From a virus (taxonomy: Duplodnaviria > Caudoviricetes): DNA of 42,720 bases. Below, piece after piece: positions 1-9,269 of the stretch; within the stretch, counting starts at the first letter, position 1, and the number at the start of each line of letters is the position of its first letter. The stretch lies in IMG/VR virus record IMGVR_UViG_3300027819_000180, positions 1 to 42,720 of that record; one strand, given 5' to 3'. Made by a program: the position numbers and the translations under genes. The notes below the pieces were generated by a model. That model saw only the letters and a list, made by a program, of their open reading frames with translations. It was not told the origin of the DNA and made no database searches.

Positions 1-1
1 C

Positions 2-127
2 CCTGCCGATGATTTCTCTGCCGAAGTATTTGTATTGTCGGTTCATAAAGAAAATTAAGGTTATTAACTTGCTTGATTTTTATGAGTATCGGCGGGAAGA
101 ATCAATAAAACTTTTGGAAAGGGAATA
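2..127. repeat. Terminal direct repeat, left copy (circular assembly overlap)
   Basis: 2-127 is identical to 42595-42720. Base 1 (c) differs from 42594 (a). Confidence 0.95.
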
Positions 128-437
128 CGGGTATAGAAATTACGGATCGAAGCACGAAGAATCTCTTTTTACAAAATGGTTTCAAAACTGGTATCTTCCG
201 AGAAAATTCGGTTTGGACAAAAGAAGACCTCACTATTCCTCGATGATTCTTTCGGGGCAGATGACCAGAGAAGAAGCTCTGAAAAAGTTGAATGAGCCGT
301 TATATTACCCGCAACTTGGAGACGAAAAGGTCGAGGAACGGATTTTAAGCTACCCCAAACACGAATACTCGGACTATCCGAATAATAAATTTTTATGGGA
401 TTTGCTTTCAAAAATGTATGCCAAAATTAAAAGGTAA
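9..437 (+). CDS. C-terminal part of N-acetyl-sugar amidotransferase (WbuX/WbpG family); the gene starts at 41975 and wraps the join
   Basis: In frame with the ORF starting at 41975 through the terminal repeat. Motifs YGSKHEES and RKFGLDKRRPHYSSMILSGQMTREEA. Confidence 0.85.
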   Translation: MISLPKYLYCRFIKKIKVINLLDFYEYRREESIKLLEREYGYRNYGSKHEESLFTKWFQNWYLPRKFGLDKRRPHYSSMILSGQMTREEALKKLNEPLYYPQLGDEKVEERILSYPKHEYSDYPNNKFLWDLLSKMYAKIKR

Positions 438-600
438 AGGGCGGAAAAGATTAAAACGGAAAAGAATTTTACAAAGTCGTTTGAAACATCACGGGACAAA
501 GAGTTCGTGTAAACTTCATATTAAGAGAGTGCCTAAAAAAGTGATTGAAAAACTGCCAAAAAAGTCGTGGTGGCGTAGATTTATAGAATGGATATTTTAG
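418..600 (+). CDS. Small basic hypothetical protein
   Basis: 60 aa K/R-rich ORF overlapping both neighbours in the operon. Confidence 0.5.
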   Translation: MPKLKGKGRKRLKRKRILQSRLKHHGTKSSCKLHIKRVPKKVIEKLPKKSWWRRFIEWIF

Positions 601-1199
601 CAACAGACAAAGATTTTACAACAAGTTTGATTAAAGCTCTTGATGAAACAGATTATCAATGGCGGGATTATGACGGGCTTATAATCGCAGGGACGCATAC
701 GCCGGAAAATGTCCCAGAAAAAATTGAAAAGATTAAAGATGCCCGCCGAAGTCATCTTCCTTTTCTTGGAATATGTTTCGGGTTTCAGTTGATGGCGATT
801 GAATATGCTCGCACCGTTTTAGGGAAATGGAAAGCTAATTCGATTGAGATAGACCCTGATACGAATTTTCCGATAATAGTTAAAACCAATAAATTAAGAG
901 TGGGAATGAAGCCGACTTTGGATTTATGGGGCAATCAGCGAATGGAAAGTTTCTGGCATAATTATAAATTAAATAATGAGTATCTTTCCGAGTTTACGAA
1001 GGACTGGAAATTTACGCAGGTTTACGATTCGGATTTAGGGGAATCAATAGTAGATTATTTATTTTACAAGCCAGCACTGGATTACGGCTCGATATTTCTT
1101 GGCACGCAGTTTCACCCAGAGTATCAAAGTTCTGTTAAAAAACCGCACTGGGTTCTGACGGAATTTTTGAAGGTCGCAAAGTATAGGATAAAGAAATGA
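588..1199 (+). CDS. Stand-alone class I glutamine amidotransferase resembling the CTP synthase C-terminal domain
   Basis: PFLGICFGFQLMAIEYAR nucleophile motif, GTQFHPEYQS His-Glu motif. No synthetase domain. Confidence 0.85.
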   Translation: MDILATDKDFTTSLIKALDETDYQWRDYDGLIIAGTHTPENVPEKIEKIKDARRSHLPFLGICFGFQLMAIEYARTVLGKWKANSIEIDPDTNFPIIVKTNKLRVGMKPTLDLWGNQRMESFWHNYKLNNEYLSEFTKDWKFTQVYDSDLGESIVDYLFYKPALDYGSIFLGTQFHPEYQSSVKKPHWVLTEFLKVAKYRIKK

Positions 1200-2065
1200 A
1201 CTACTGTCATTGGGCAAAATCTTTGGGAGCTTTGGAAGATACTGCCGAGAATGTCTGGGGAACAGAGAAATATATCTTGTGGAAGCATTTGAAAGAACCT
1301 ACTGTTTTTTTCGGGATGTATGATGTACGGGATTATTTGGCTTTGAGTATTCATCGAGGAAAATCTTGGGTGTTATGGGCTGGTGGAGATATTAAAAATT
1401 TAATTAGGGGATTTAGTTTGAATGACGGCAAGTTAAAATGGTTCGGGAAGTTTTTACCTCTTACTTGGTGGTTGAAACATATGTTGTGCAAAGCCGAACA
1501 TTGGGTTGAAAATGATTATGAAGCAGATAAATTGGCCAGTTTCGGATTAGACAGAAAAAGAATTTATGTTTGTCCGTCTTTTTTGGGAGATATAGATTTT
1601 CCGATAACTTATGAATGGAATAAAACGATGAATGTTTATGTCAGTTCTGGAGCCGACAGGCAAGAGGAGTATGGGTTTGGGATTGTCGAGCGAATCGCGG
1701 GCAAGTTGCCTTTTATAAAGTTTCACCTTTTCGGGGCAGAGTGGACTACCAAGCAGGAAAATGTTATAGTTCACGGCAGAATAAGCAAGGAACTGATGAA
1801 TTTCAGAACTTCGTATATGCAAGTCGGGCTACGGCTGAATGAGTTCGATGGGTTTTCGGAAATTCTTGCGAAAGCGGTTTTGCGGGGACAATATGCTATT
1901 GGGAAAGTTAAGCACCCTATGATTCCGAGTTTTGAAAACGATATGGATTTGATTTTGAAACTTAATACGCTTCGGCATAAAACCGAGCCGAATCTTGAAG
2001 GTCGGGAGTACTACAAACTTGCGTTGAATAAGTATCCGTGGTACGATAAAGAGAATGAGAGATAA
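1196..2065 (+). CDS. Putative GT-B fold (GT4-like) glycosyltransferase
   Basis: C-terminal NVIVHGRI...GLRLNEFDGFSEILAKAVLRG resembles the GT4 donor-binding region; glycan cluster context. Confidence 0.55.
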   Translation: MNYCHWAKSLGALEDTAENVWGTEKYILWKHLKEPTVFFGMYDVRDYLALSIHRGKSWVLWAGGDIKNLIRGFSLNDGKLKWFGKFLPLTWWLKHMLCKAEHWVENDYEADKLASFGLDRKRIYVCPSFLGDIDFPITYEWNKTMNVYVSSGADRQEEYGFGIVERIAGKLPFIKFHLFGAEWTTKQENVIVHGRISKELMNFRTSYMQVGLRLNEFDGFSEILAKAVLRGQYAIGKVKHPMIPSFENDMDLILKLNTLRHKTEPNLEGREYYKLALNKYPWYDKENER

Positions 2066-2609
2066 ATTTGGAAGATTTTTGAGGGGGAATAAAGTTATTA
2101 AGCCGTTTGTAAAAGGAAATACCCTGCGTTTGGGTTTGGAAATGAGTCAAGAACAAAAGAGCAAAATAAGTATGAGTAATAAGGGGAAAAAGTTAAGTAA
2201 AGAACATAAACAAAAAATATCTAATTCGCATAAAGGAAAGAAAAAAATATGGATGATTGGGACAAGATACGGTTCTTTTAAGAGGAGTGTTGAAACCAGA
2301 AAAAGAATGAGTGAATCCCATAAAGGAGAAAAAAGTTATTTGTGGAAAGGTGGAGTTACTTTAGAAAATCAAAAGATAAGAGGAGGAATAGAATATCGTT
2401 TGTGGCGCGAAGCAGTTTTTGCTCGTGATAACTGGACTTGTCAAATGTGTCATCAAAGGGGAGGTCAATTAGACCCAGACCATATAAAGATGTTTGCTTA
2501 TCATCCTGAACTTCGACTTGCTTTAGACAATGGCCGGACGCTTTGTAGAAAATGCCATAAAGGATTGTGGACTTCAAAAAGTAAAAAACATACTTGTTGC
2601 GAATTATGA
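2055..2609 (+). CDS. HNH homing endonuclease with NUMOD3-like repeats
   Basis: KxKISxSxKG repeats, WKGG, RDNWTCQMC...DHIK...NGRTLCRKCH. Confidence 0.85.
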   Translation: MRDKFGRFLRGNKVIKPFVKGNTLRLGLEMSQEQKSKISMSNKGKKLSKEHKQKISNSHKGKKKIWMIGTRYGSFKRSVETRKRMSESHKGEKSYLWKGGVTLENQKIRGGIEYRLWREAVFARDNWTCQMCHQRGGQLDPDHIKMFAYHPELRLALDNGRTLCRKCHKGLWTSKSKKHTCCEL

Positions 2610-2875
2610 TTACAATTATTCCAATAGTTGCTACTTTAGTTCTTTTGATTGTTCCGGACGCTTCCTTGTGGTGCGATACCAGAGGCCCGGCATGCTACAG
2701 TTCTGAAACCAATCTTATCGTGATGGACGAAAGAATCAAGCCAAAATATATTCCGTGGGTGTTCCTCCATGAGTTCGGACACTATTTGGGGAAAGACGAA
2801 CAAGGAGCGAACGAATGGGCGAAACAATTTAAGGGAGTGGTTATTCCAAAAACAATAGAAGAACTAACGATATGA
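2606..2875 (+). CDS. Small HExxH (ImmA/IrrE-like) metallopeptidase-type protein with hydrophobic N-terminus
   Basis: FLHEFGHY followed by EQGANEWA. ATG 2606 overlaps the HNH stop (ATGA). Confidence 0.55.
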   Translation: MITIIPIVATLVLLIVPDASLWCDTRGPACYSSETNLIVMDERIKPKYIPWVFLHEFGHYLGKDEQGANEWAKQFKGVVIPKTIEELTI

Positions 2876-3498
2876 AAGGACTTCTCAAAACTACAAATTG
2901 GCAGAGGAAGTATTGGAAAGAACGGAAAATTGATTGGCAACAGGCATACTTCACGCCTGATCACCCGCACCGCCAGTTAATCATTTCCGCTCTAAAACAA
3001 TTTGGGTTTTTCAAAAGTGTGCTGGAGCTTGGTTGCGCTGCCGGAGCGAACATTTATAAAATCAAACAGAACTTTCCTCATGTGGATGTCGGAGGGATTG
3101 ATTGGAGCGCCGATGCGATAGAAACCGCTAAAAAGTTTCTTCCGAGAGCCACTGTCCTCCAAGTCGGCGAGGCACAGGATATTTATATCTCGTCCGGTGG
3201 TGCGGACATTATTTTAACCGATATGTGTCTTATTTACCTTTCAGGAAAGGATTTCAGAAAAGCGTTGAGGGAATTCAAGCGAGTTGCGAGAGTAGGTTTG
3301 GTTTTGTGCGAGTTTCACAGAGAAAGTTGGTTTGAGAGATTGGGCGTAAAGATTTTGACGGGTTATAACTCATACGACTATCGTAAGGAATTGACGCGAG
3401 CTGGATTTCATCAGATTGAAATAACTCCTCTAACCATTCAAGATTGGCCCGACACCGAAAAGGAAAAAGGTCTAAGATGTATAATAACGGCAAGATGA
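2872..3498 (+). CDS. Class I SAM-dependent methyltransferase
   Basis: SVLELGCAAG motif I, GIDWS motif II, ALREFKRV. Confidence 0.85.
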   Translation: MKGLLKTTNWQRKYWKERKIDWQQAYFTPDHPHRQLIISALKQFGFFKSVLELGCAAGANIYKIKQNFPHVDVGGIDWSADAIETAKKFLPRATVLQVGEAQDIYISSGGADIILTDMCLIYLSGKDFRKALREFKRVARVGLVLCEFHRESWFERLGVKILTGYNSYDYRKELTRAGFHQIEITPLTIQDWPDTEKEKGLRCIITAR

Positions 3499-4430
3499 AT
3501 GTTTTAATCATAGGAGGAGCGGGGTTTTTAGGTTCTCATCTTGTCGAACGATGTCTGAAAGAGGGATATAGAATTTTTTTGATAGATAATCTATCTTCGG
3601 GGAAAATTGAAAATCTTCCGAAAGAAATAATGAATCAGTATTCTCGGTATGACAACCCGACAATTTTCCTTTATTCACAGGGGGATGTTAAGACCTTTGA
3701 TTTTTTCGGTTCTTTTGAAGACAAGATAGATGTTATTTTTTATCTTGCCACGAAACCTGGAATACCCTCGGTGGTTCAAGCGAGCATAGACAACCCTCGG
3801 CCTTTTAACGAGGATAACGTGGGAGGATTTCTGAATATGTTGGATTACGCCAGAAGAAAGAATATACCAGTAGTTTTTTCTTCAAGCTCGGCGGTTTACG
3901 GAGACGGAACATTGCCTACGACGGAAAGAGCGAACCTCAATCCTATTTCGCCTTACGCTTTGCAAAAACTCATTTGTGAGCAGTATTTGGAGCTTTTCAA
4001 TAAAATTTATGGATTAAAGAGCGTAGCTTTGAGATATTTTAATCTTTATGGAGAACGACAACCTGATGGTGGAACTTACGCTTTGGTGATAGGCAAATTT
4101 ATGAAAGCGCATAAAGCGGGAAAACCTTTTATTTCAGTAGGAGATAACCAGCAACGGAGAGATTTTGTTTATGTCAAAGACGTGGTAGACGCGAATATAA
4201 AGGCGGCTGAATATGTTTTAAGCGGAAAAGATTTTGAAGTATTTAATATAGGGAGCGGGGTTAATTACAGCGTTCAAGAGATAGCCGATATGGTTACCAA
4301 AGGAAAAACTAAATGGGGGGAATTACTGCCAGCGAGGTTTGAACCTAAGGTTACTTTAGCCGATTGCTCAAAGGCCGAGAAAATGTTGGGATGGAAAGCA
4401 AAAACAACTTTAAAAGAATGGTTTCAATAA
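3495..4430 (+). CDS. NAD-dependent nucleotide-sugar epimerase/dehydratase
   Basis: GGAGFLG, SSSAVYG, YALQK (YxxxK), LRYFNLYG. Start reassigned to ATG 3495 (ATGA overlap). Confidence 0.92.
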   Translation: MNVLIIGGAGFLGSHLVERCLKEGYRIFLIDNLSSGKIENLPKEIMNQYSRYDNPTIFLYSQGDVKTFDFFGSFEDKIDVIFYLATKPGIPSVVQASIDNPRPFNEDNVGGFLNMLDYARRKNIPVVFSSSSAVYGDGTLPTTERANLNPISPYALQKLICEQYLELFNKIYGLKSVALRYFNLYGERQPDGGTYALVIGKFMKAHKAGKPFISVGDNQQRRDFVYVKDVVDANIKAAEYVLSGKDFEVFNIGSGVNYSVQEIADMVTKGKTKWGELLPARFEPKVTLADCSKAEKMLGWKAKTTLKEWFQ

Positions 4431-5263
4431 TCCTTACAACGATGAACAGGGCGAAGATTCTTAAGGAACGCTCCTTGAGAAGCGCGCTGAATCAAAAGTT
4501 CTCCGATTATGAGGTTCTTGTTATTGACGGCGGGTCGGACGATTCCGAAAAAGTTGTTGAAGAGTCGCGGAGAAAACATCTTTACTATTTCAAGGTTGAA
4601 CCTAAAGGGCTTTCTCACGCTCGGAATTTCGGAATTAAAAAATCCAAAGGGGAATACATTGTGTGTCTTGACGATGACAACGAGTTAATGCCCGATTTCT
4701 TGCGGAAGACCATTGACAATATAGGAGATTATGACGCTATTACGACAGGTAGGGTGATTCAATACAAGGATTTCGCTCACGAAGCCGTCCCAAAACTCGG
4801 CAGATTTTGCTCGATTGACTGGGGATGGTTGATTAGAAGGGATGTTTTTGATACGATTCAATATGATGAGGAAATGAAAGCCAACGAGGACGCTGATTTT
4901 GGGATTCAGTTTTTCAAGAGATTCAAGGCAAAAGTAATTCCTGATTTATTGGCGGTGGCTTACGATGAATTCGGCGACCCAAGGAACTCAATGTCTTTTC
5001 CGAACCAAAGGGAATTGAGAGGAATGTTGCATTTCCTTGAGAAGAATCTTAAGGAATATGACGACCCGAATGAATTAAGATATCTTTACCGGCTATGCGG
5101 AAGAAAATTTTATCGAGGAGGATTTAGATTGAAAGGTCTGTCGTTTTTTTGGAAATCGTTTAGAGCTTGTCCGAACTTAAACTCTTTTCTTAATCTGTTT
5201 TTTATTTTGTTCGGCTGGACTATTTACGACAAATTTATGACCTTAACGGAAAAATTAAGATGA
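4418..5263 (+). CDS. GT2 family glycosyltransferase
   Basis: VSIILTTMNR, VIDGGSDD, ARNFG, CLDDD (DxD), NEDADF. Confidence 0.92.
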   Translation: MVSIILTTMNRAKILKERSLRSALNQKFSDYEVLVIDGGSDDSEKVVEESRRKHLYYFKVEPKGLSHARNFGIKKSKGEYIVCLDDDNELMPDFLRKTIDNIGDYDAITTGRVIQYKDFAHEAVPKLGRFCSIDWGWLIRRDVFDTIQYDEEMKANEDADFGIQFFKRFKAKVIPDLLAVAYDEFGDPRNSMSFPNQRELRGMLHFLEKNLKEYDDPNELRYLYRLCGRKFYRGGFRLKGLSFFWKSFRACPNLNSFLNLFFILFGWTIYDKFMTLTEKLR

Positions 5264-5763
5264 TACTCCCGAATTTCGCCCAAATAAATAAAGAAGAAGC
5301 GGAGTTTCTTGTCGAGAATCTTATCAATTTGCCTGATGGCTCCGTGATAGTTGAGCTTGGAACATATAAGGGCGGAAGTGCTTTTGTAATGAGCGAGGTG
5401 TATAAGCGAGGCAAGATTTTCAGCATCGACCATTATGAAGATTGCACAGTTGAGGAAGTCAAGAATAATCTGGTTGGTCATGATGTGGAGTTATTGAACG
5501 GCAAAACCTCCGATTTGGCTAAAACTTGGTCTTTGCCGATAGATTTTCTTTTCATAGACGCGAGTCATTATTATGAAGATGTTATGGAGGATATTAAAAA
5601 CTGGTTGCCGAAAGTTAAGGACAAAGGATTGATTATGTTCAATGATTACGATTCTTGGCCCGGAGTAACGATGGCGGTTCATCGGGCAATAGAGAAAAAA
5701 TGGATAGAGCCGTTATCAAAGGCGGGTTCAATGTTATTAACCAGAAAAAATAATGAAATATAA
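5260..5763 (+). CDS. SAM-dependent methyltransferase (Methyltransf_24-like)
   Basis: VELGTYKGGS, IDFLFIDASHYYEDV, GLIMFNDY. Confidence 0.85.
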   Translation: MILPNFAQINKEEAEFLVENLINLPDGSVIVELGTYKGGSAFVMSEVYKRGKIFSIDHYEDCTVEEVKNNLVGHDVELLNGKTSDLAKTWSLPIDFLFIDASHYYEDVMEDIKNWLPKVKDKGLIMFNDYDSWPGVTMAVHRAIEKKWIEPLSKAGSMLLTRKNNEI

Positions 5764-6427
5764 ACATTTTGCACTCGTGCCATTTACAGGTTTGGGTCTT
5801 CATAACGGCTATCGAGGGGACGCGTGGTTGAAAAACCGCATAGAGATTTTCAAGTGTTTTACTTTACAGTCAATCTTGAATCAAACAGATAAAGATTTTG
5901 TTGTTTGGGTTTGTTGGCGCGCCGAAGAAAAAGAAAATCTTATTGTCCAAGATTTTATTACTTATCTTTCGAGTTGGTATGGATATTCTTTCGTTCACAC
6001 TTTTCACGGGATACCTTTCTGGGACGACAAATACGATGACAAAACTGCAGGTAAAAGATTGATGGATACTTTGAAAGGTTCTCTGCCCGAATTAAAAGAT
6101 ATTGTCGGGGATTCAGAAAGAGTTCTGCTTACTATACAGCCGAGTGATGATATGTATATTTCAACAGCGATGGCGCAAGTTAAGGAAGCATTGAAAGGCG
6201 AGAAAACGAATCGTTCGGCGGGTTGGAAAGAGGGGTATATAATGAACTACCGAACAAAAGAAATAGCCAAGTATTCTACGGAGGGCTGGAAGACAGACCA
6301 CATTTCGACTTACAAGACCGAAACAATACCTCCGTTTTTTACGATTCTTTTCTCAAGAGAGGAATTTTTAGACCCTGAAAAGCATTACAAGCATATTAGT
6401 AAATATGTTGGAAATAAAGTAAAATAA
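5753..6427 (+). CDS. Putative glycosyltransferase (rhamnosyltransferase-like), N-terminal part of an apparently HNH-split gene
   Basis: WLKNRIEIF..F.LQSILNQTDKDF and PSDD motifs. Ends abruptly before the HNH gene. Confidence 0.65.
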   Translation: MKYKHFALVPFTGLGLHNGYRGDAWLKNRIEIFKCFTLQSILNQTDKDFVVWVCWRAEEKENLIVQDFITYLSSWYGYSFVHTFHGIPFWDDKYDDKTAGKRLMDTLKGSLPELKDIVGDSERVLLTIQPSDDMYISTAMAQVKEALKGEKTNRSAGWKEGYIMNYRTKEIAKYSTEGWKTDHISTYKTETIPPFFTILFSREEFLDPEKHYKHISKYVGNKVK

Positions 6428-6432
6428 TTATA

Positions 6433-6981
6433 ATGTCATATAAAAAAGGACAAATAGGATATTGGCGGGGCAAGAAAAGATTGCCAATGTTAGAAGAACA
6501 TAGAAAGAAAATATCCAGAGCATTAAAAGGGAAAATGCCCAAAAATTGGCATCCTGAAATAGGATTCAAAAAAGGCAATTCTATTTGGAAAGGAAGAAAA
6601 CATACCGAGGAAGCTAAAAAGAAAATAAGTCAAAGCCATAAAGGAAAACCCTCTTATATTAAGGGAAAAACTTATAAAGAAGTTGGTAGAGTTCCGAAAT
6701 TGATAGGAGAAAAGAATCCAGCTTGGAAAGGAGGGATTACACCGATAAATGAAAAAATAAGAAGGTCTCCAGAATACATACTTTGGCGTAAGGCGGTCTT
6801 TGAACGAGATAATTATATTTGTGTATGGTGTAAGGCGACAAAAGTTTTTTTGGAAGCTGACCACATCAAACCTTTCGCTTTATACCCTGAACTCCGCTTC
6901 GCAATAGACAATGGACGCACTCTCTGTCGGGAGTGTCATAAAAAAACTGAAACTTATGGCAGAAGATTTCAATATAGATGA
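6433..6981 (+). CDS. HNH homing endonuclease with NUMOD3-like repeats
   Basis: HTEEAKKKISQSHKG, NPAWKGG, RDNYICVWC...ADHIKP...NGRTLCRECH. Confidence 0.88.
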   Translation: MSYKKGQIGYWRGKKRLPMLEEHRKKISRALKGKMPKNWHPEIGFKKGNSIWKGRKHTEEAKKKISQSHKGKPSYIKGKTYKEVGRVPKLIGEKNPAWKGGITPINEKIRRSPEYILWRKAVFERDNYICVWCKATKVFLEADHIKPFALYPELRFAIDNGRTLCRECHKKTETYGRRFQYR

Positions 6982-7294
6982 TTGGCAACCTTACCGTTCG
7001 CACGAAAATATAGGGGATGTCACCGAATACACCGAGCTGGAGGGCAGAGGATTCGTGGTAGGTTGCCATATGGAAAATATATCAACGACATTCACACACC
7101 GCTACAAAGGTCGCACCCTGTCAAGAGATGAAACAGATGAAGTTTTGAGGGATACGGGGACTTTACTTTCTGAGCCGATTGTGCTACCTTTATCTCCAAG
7201 AATGAGGATAAGGAGTTTAGTCAATAAAATCCCATTCAATAATTTGCTTAAAAAAATATACTATCTTTTGCCAGGCAGAATAAGAATAATATGA
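6956..7294 (+). CDS. Probable C-terminal part of the 5753-6427 protein
   Basis: ATG 6956 lies inside the HNH 3' end. PYRSHE...RGFVVGCHMENIST resembles the C-terminal HxxN region of GT-A-like proteins. Confidence 0.6.
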   Translation: MAEDFNIDDWQPYRSHENIGDVTEYTELEGRGFVVGCHMENISTTFTHRYKGRTLSRDETDEVLRDTGTLLSEPIVLPLSPRMRIRSLVNKIPFNNLLKKIYYLLPGRIRII

Positions 7295-7704
7295 TAAACA
7301 GAATAAAAGGTTGGTTCTTTCTTAGATTCTATCGAGGGGCGTTTCTTAAAAGATTCCGAAGCAAACGCGCCAAGCAGATGTTCTTTTTGAGGCAATATGA
7401 GGGAACGCAGAAGAAAATCTGGGGAATGGAGTTTGTGGTCGAAGGGTTAAAAGAAGGACGGGAAGGATTAAGGAGAGAATACGACAAACTCAACGAAACC
7501 CTTGACGCTTCAAAGATAGCTTACGAAAAAACCGAAGGCGAAGCCAAAGAAAAACTGAATCAAATGGTTGAAACTAAACTAAGAGAAATCGAGGAATGGA
7601 AAAAGAAGATTGACATGGCCGACGAGACGATTCTTCAAACACAAGACCAAGTCGATGGTCTTTACGACCAGCTCCCGAAGCTGGAAAAAATAATTAAAGA
7701 ATGA
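7291..7704 (+). CDS. Hypothetical coiled-coil protein
   Basis: 137 aa E/K-rich ORF with ATGA overlaps at both ends. Confidence 0.7.
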   Translation: MINRIKGWFFLRFYRGAFLKRFRSKRAKQMFFLRQYEGTQKKIWGMEFVVEGLKEGREGLRREYDKLNETLDASKIAYEKTEGEAKEKLNQMVETKLREIEEWKKKIDMADETILQTQDQVDGLYDQLPKLEKIIKE

Positions 7705-7796
7705 ATCCAGTTGAGCTGATAATTCAGCTTCTAAAGATAGGTTTCGGAATCTATTTTGTATGGTGGAGTTGGTATATTGTTCAATTACTTAAATGA
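7701..7796 (+). CDS. Small membrane protein (31 aa; not in ORF track)
   Basis: MNPVELIIQLLKIGFGIYFVWWSWYIVQLLK; fills the gap exactly with ATGA overlaps on both sides. Confidence 0.6.
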   Translation: MNPVELIIQLLKIGFGIYFVWWSWYIVQLLK

Positions 7797-8734
7797 AAAT
7801 TTTAATTACCGGCGACAAAGGATTCGTTGGCGCAGAAACTCGAAAGTTTCTTGAAGGCAACGGACACGAAATTATCGGATATGACATAATGGATGCGTTA
7901 GATGTACGAGATTCGGTTCAGTTTGATAACTTCGTAGCGAACACAAGACCGGATAGGATTCTTCATCTGGCGGCCATAGCAAGGTTCAGCGAAGCCGATA
8001 AAGACCCTCGACTGGCTTTTGAGACGAATGTAATGGGGACGCTGAATGTCTCAAGAGTAGCGGCTAAGTTTCATATACCTTTGGTTTATGCTTCGACTGG
8101 TTCGGTGTATATGCCTATTAGGAGAGAGCCGCCGATTACTGAAGATTTTGAGGGCATGGGAAACTCTGTTTACGGTTGCACGAAATATATAGGTGAAGTG
8201 TATGTCAAAGGAGTAGGGAATCCTTACATCATACTTCGATACGCCCATCTTTACGGAAAAGAAAAGAGAATGCACGGATTGATTGGAGGATTTATGGAAA
8301 GGATTAACCGAGGACTTAACCCGATGATTTATGGGGGTCAACAAAGTAACTCATTTACTTACATTAAGGATATAGCGAAAGCGAATTATTTGGCATTAAT
8401 TGCTCCTTGGGATAAGTGGAATGAAGTTTATAATATCGGAAGTCCCGAAGAAATAACAGCCGAGGATGCTGGAAAAATGATTTGTGATATTTTTGGTTAT
8501 AAGGGGGGAATAGACAAAAAGGAAGCAAGAGGCGTAGACCCTTTAAGATTTTGGTATAACTGTAGCAAGGCAGAAATAATGCTTGGTTTCAGGCCAGATT
8601 TTACTTTAAGGCAGGGATTGCTTGATATGGCAAAAGAGATGGGGTATAATCAGAGTAATGATAACACCAGCAAGGAGGGTTTATCTGAATACTTGGAGGG
8701 CAAAAAACCGCCTGAAATTAAGAAAGGTAAGTAA
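7793..8734 (+). CDS. NAD-dependent nucleotide-sugar epimerase/dehydratase
   Basis: TGDKGFVG, HLAA, STGSVY, YGCTK (YxxxK). Confidence 0.9.
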   Translation: MKILITGDKGFVGAETRKFLEGNGHEIIGYDIMDALDVRDSVQFDNFVANTRPDRILHLAAIARFSEADKDPRLAFETNVMGTLNVSRVAAKFHIPLVYASTGSVYMPIRREPPITEDFEGMGNSVYGCTKYIGEVYVKGVGNPYIILRYAHLYGKEKRMHGLIGGFMERINRGLNPMIYGGQQSNSFTYIKDIAKANYLALIAPWDKWNEVYNIGSPEEITAEDAGKMICDIFGYKGGIDKKEARGVDPLRFWYNCSKAEIMLGFRPDFTLRQGLLDMAKEMGYNQSNDNTSKEGLSEYLEGKKPPEIKKGK

Positions 8735-9269
8735 GAATTGGTATGCTCAAAACAAACATAGGCAAGACTTAAAAGAAAGTAAGAAAGAATGGTGGCAATC
8801 TTGGTATGAGAGGAATAGAAGTAAAAAGATTGAACAAGATAAAATTTGGCGAAAAAATAACATTGAGAAAGTTAGAGAGAATAAAAAGCGTTGGAGACAA
8901 AATAATCCATTAAAGGTCGCGGCTCAAAAAAGGAGATATATCAAGAATAATATAAACGCAAGAATTGCATTAGGTCTTAGGGCTCGTCTAAGATTGGCTA
9001 TATTGGCTCAATCGGCACAAAAGAAAGGAACGCTGACAGAGTTAATAGGTTTGTCGATGCCAGAATTAAGAAAACATCTCGAACGACAATTCAAAGAAGA
9101 TATGTCTTGGGATAATTACGGCAAATGGCATATAGACCACATAAGACCGATAAGTTCTTACAATATATTACTTGTCAAAGAACAGAAGTTGGCGTTTAAT
9201 TACAAAAATCTGCAACCATTGTGGGCGTGGGAGAATGAGACGAAAGGTTCAAAGTTCAATGCAAAATAA
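8658..9269 (+). CDS. HNH endonuclease with helical basic N-terminus
   Basis: MSWDNYGKWHIDHIRP...NLQPLWAWENETKG. Likely start is ATG 8658. Confidence 0.85.
   Translation: MITPARRVYLNTWRAKNRLKLRKVSKNWYAQNKHRQDLKESKKEWWQSWYERNRSKKIEQDKIWRKNNIEKVRENKKRWRQNNPLKVAAQKRRYIKNNINARIALGLRARLRLAILAQSAQKKGTLTELIGLSMPELRKHLERQFKEDMSWDNYGKWHIDHIRPISSYNILLVKEQKLAFNYKNLQPLWAWENETKGSKFNAK

Noticed and set aside
588-1199. Calling it pyrG / CTP synthase
   Set aside because: Only the glutaminase domain is present.
6428-6990. Group I or II intron around the HNH
   Set aside because: The ORF occupies nearly the whole insert; no P7 (R/S) or domain V motifs were seen.
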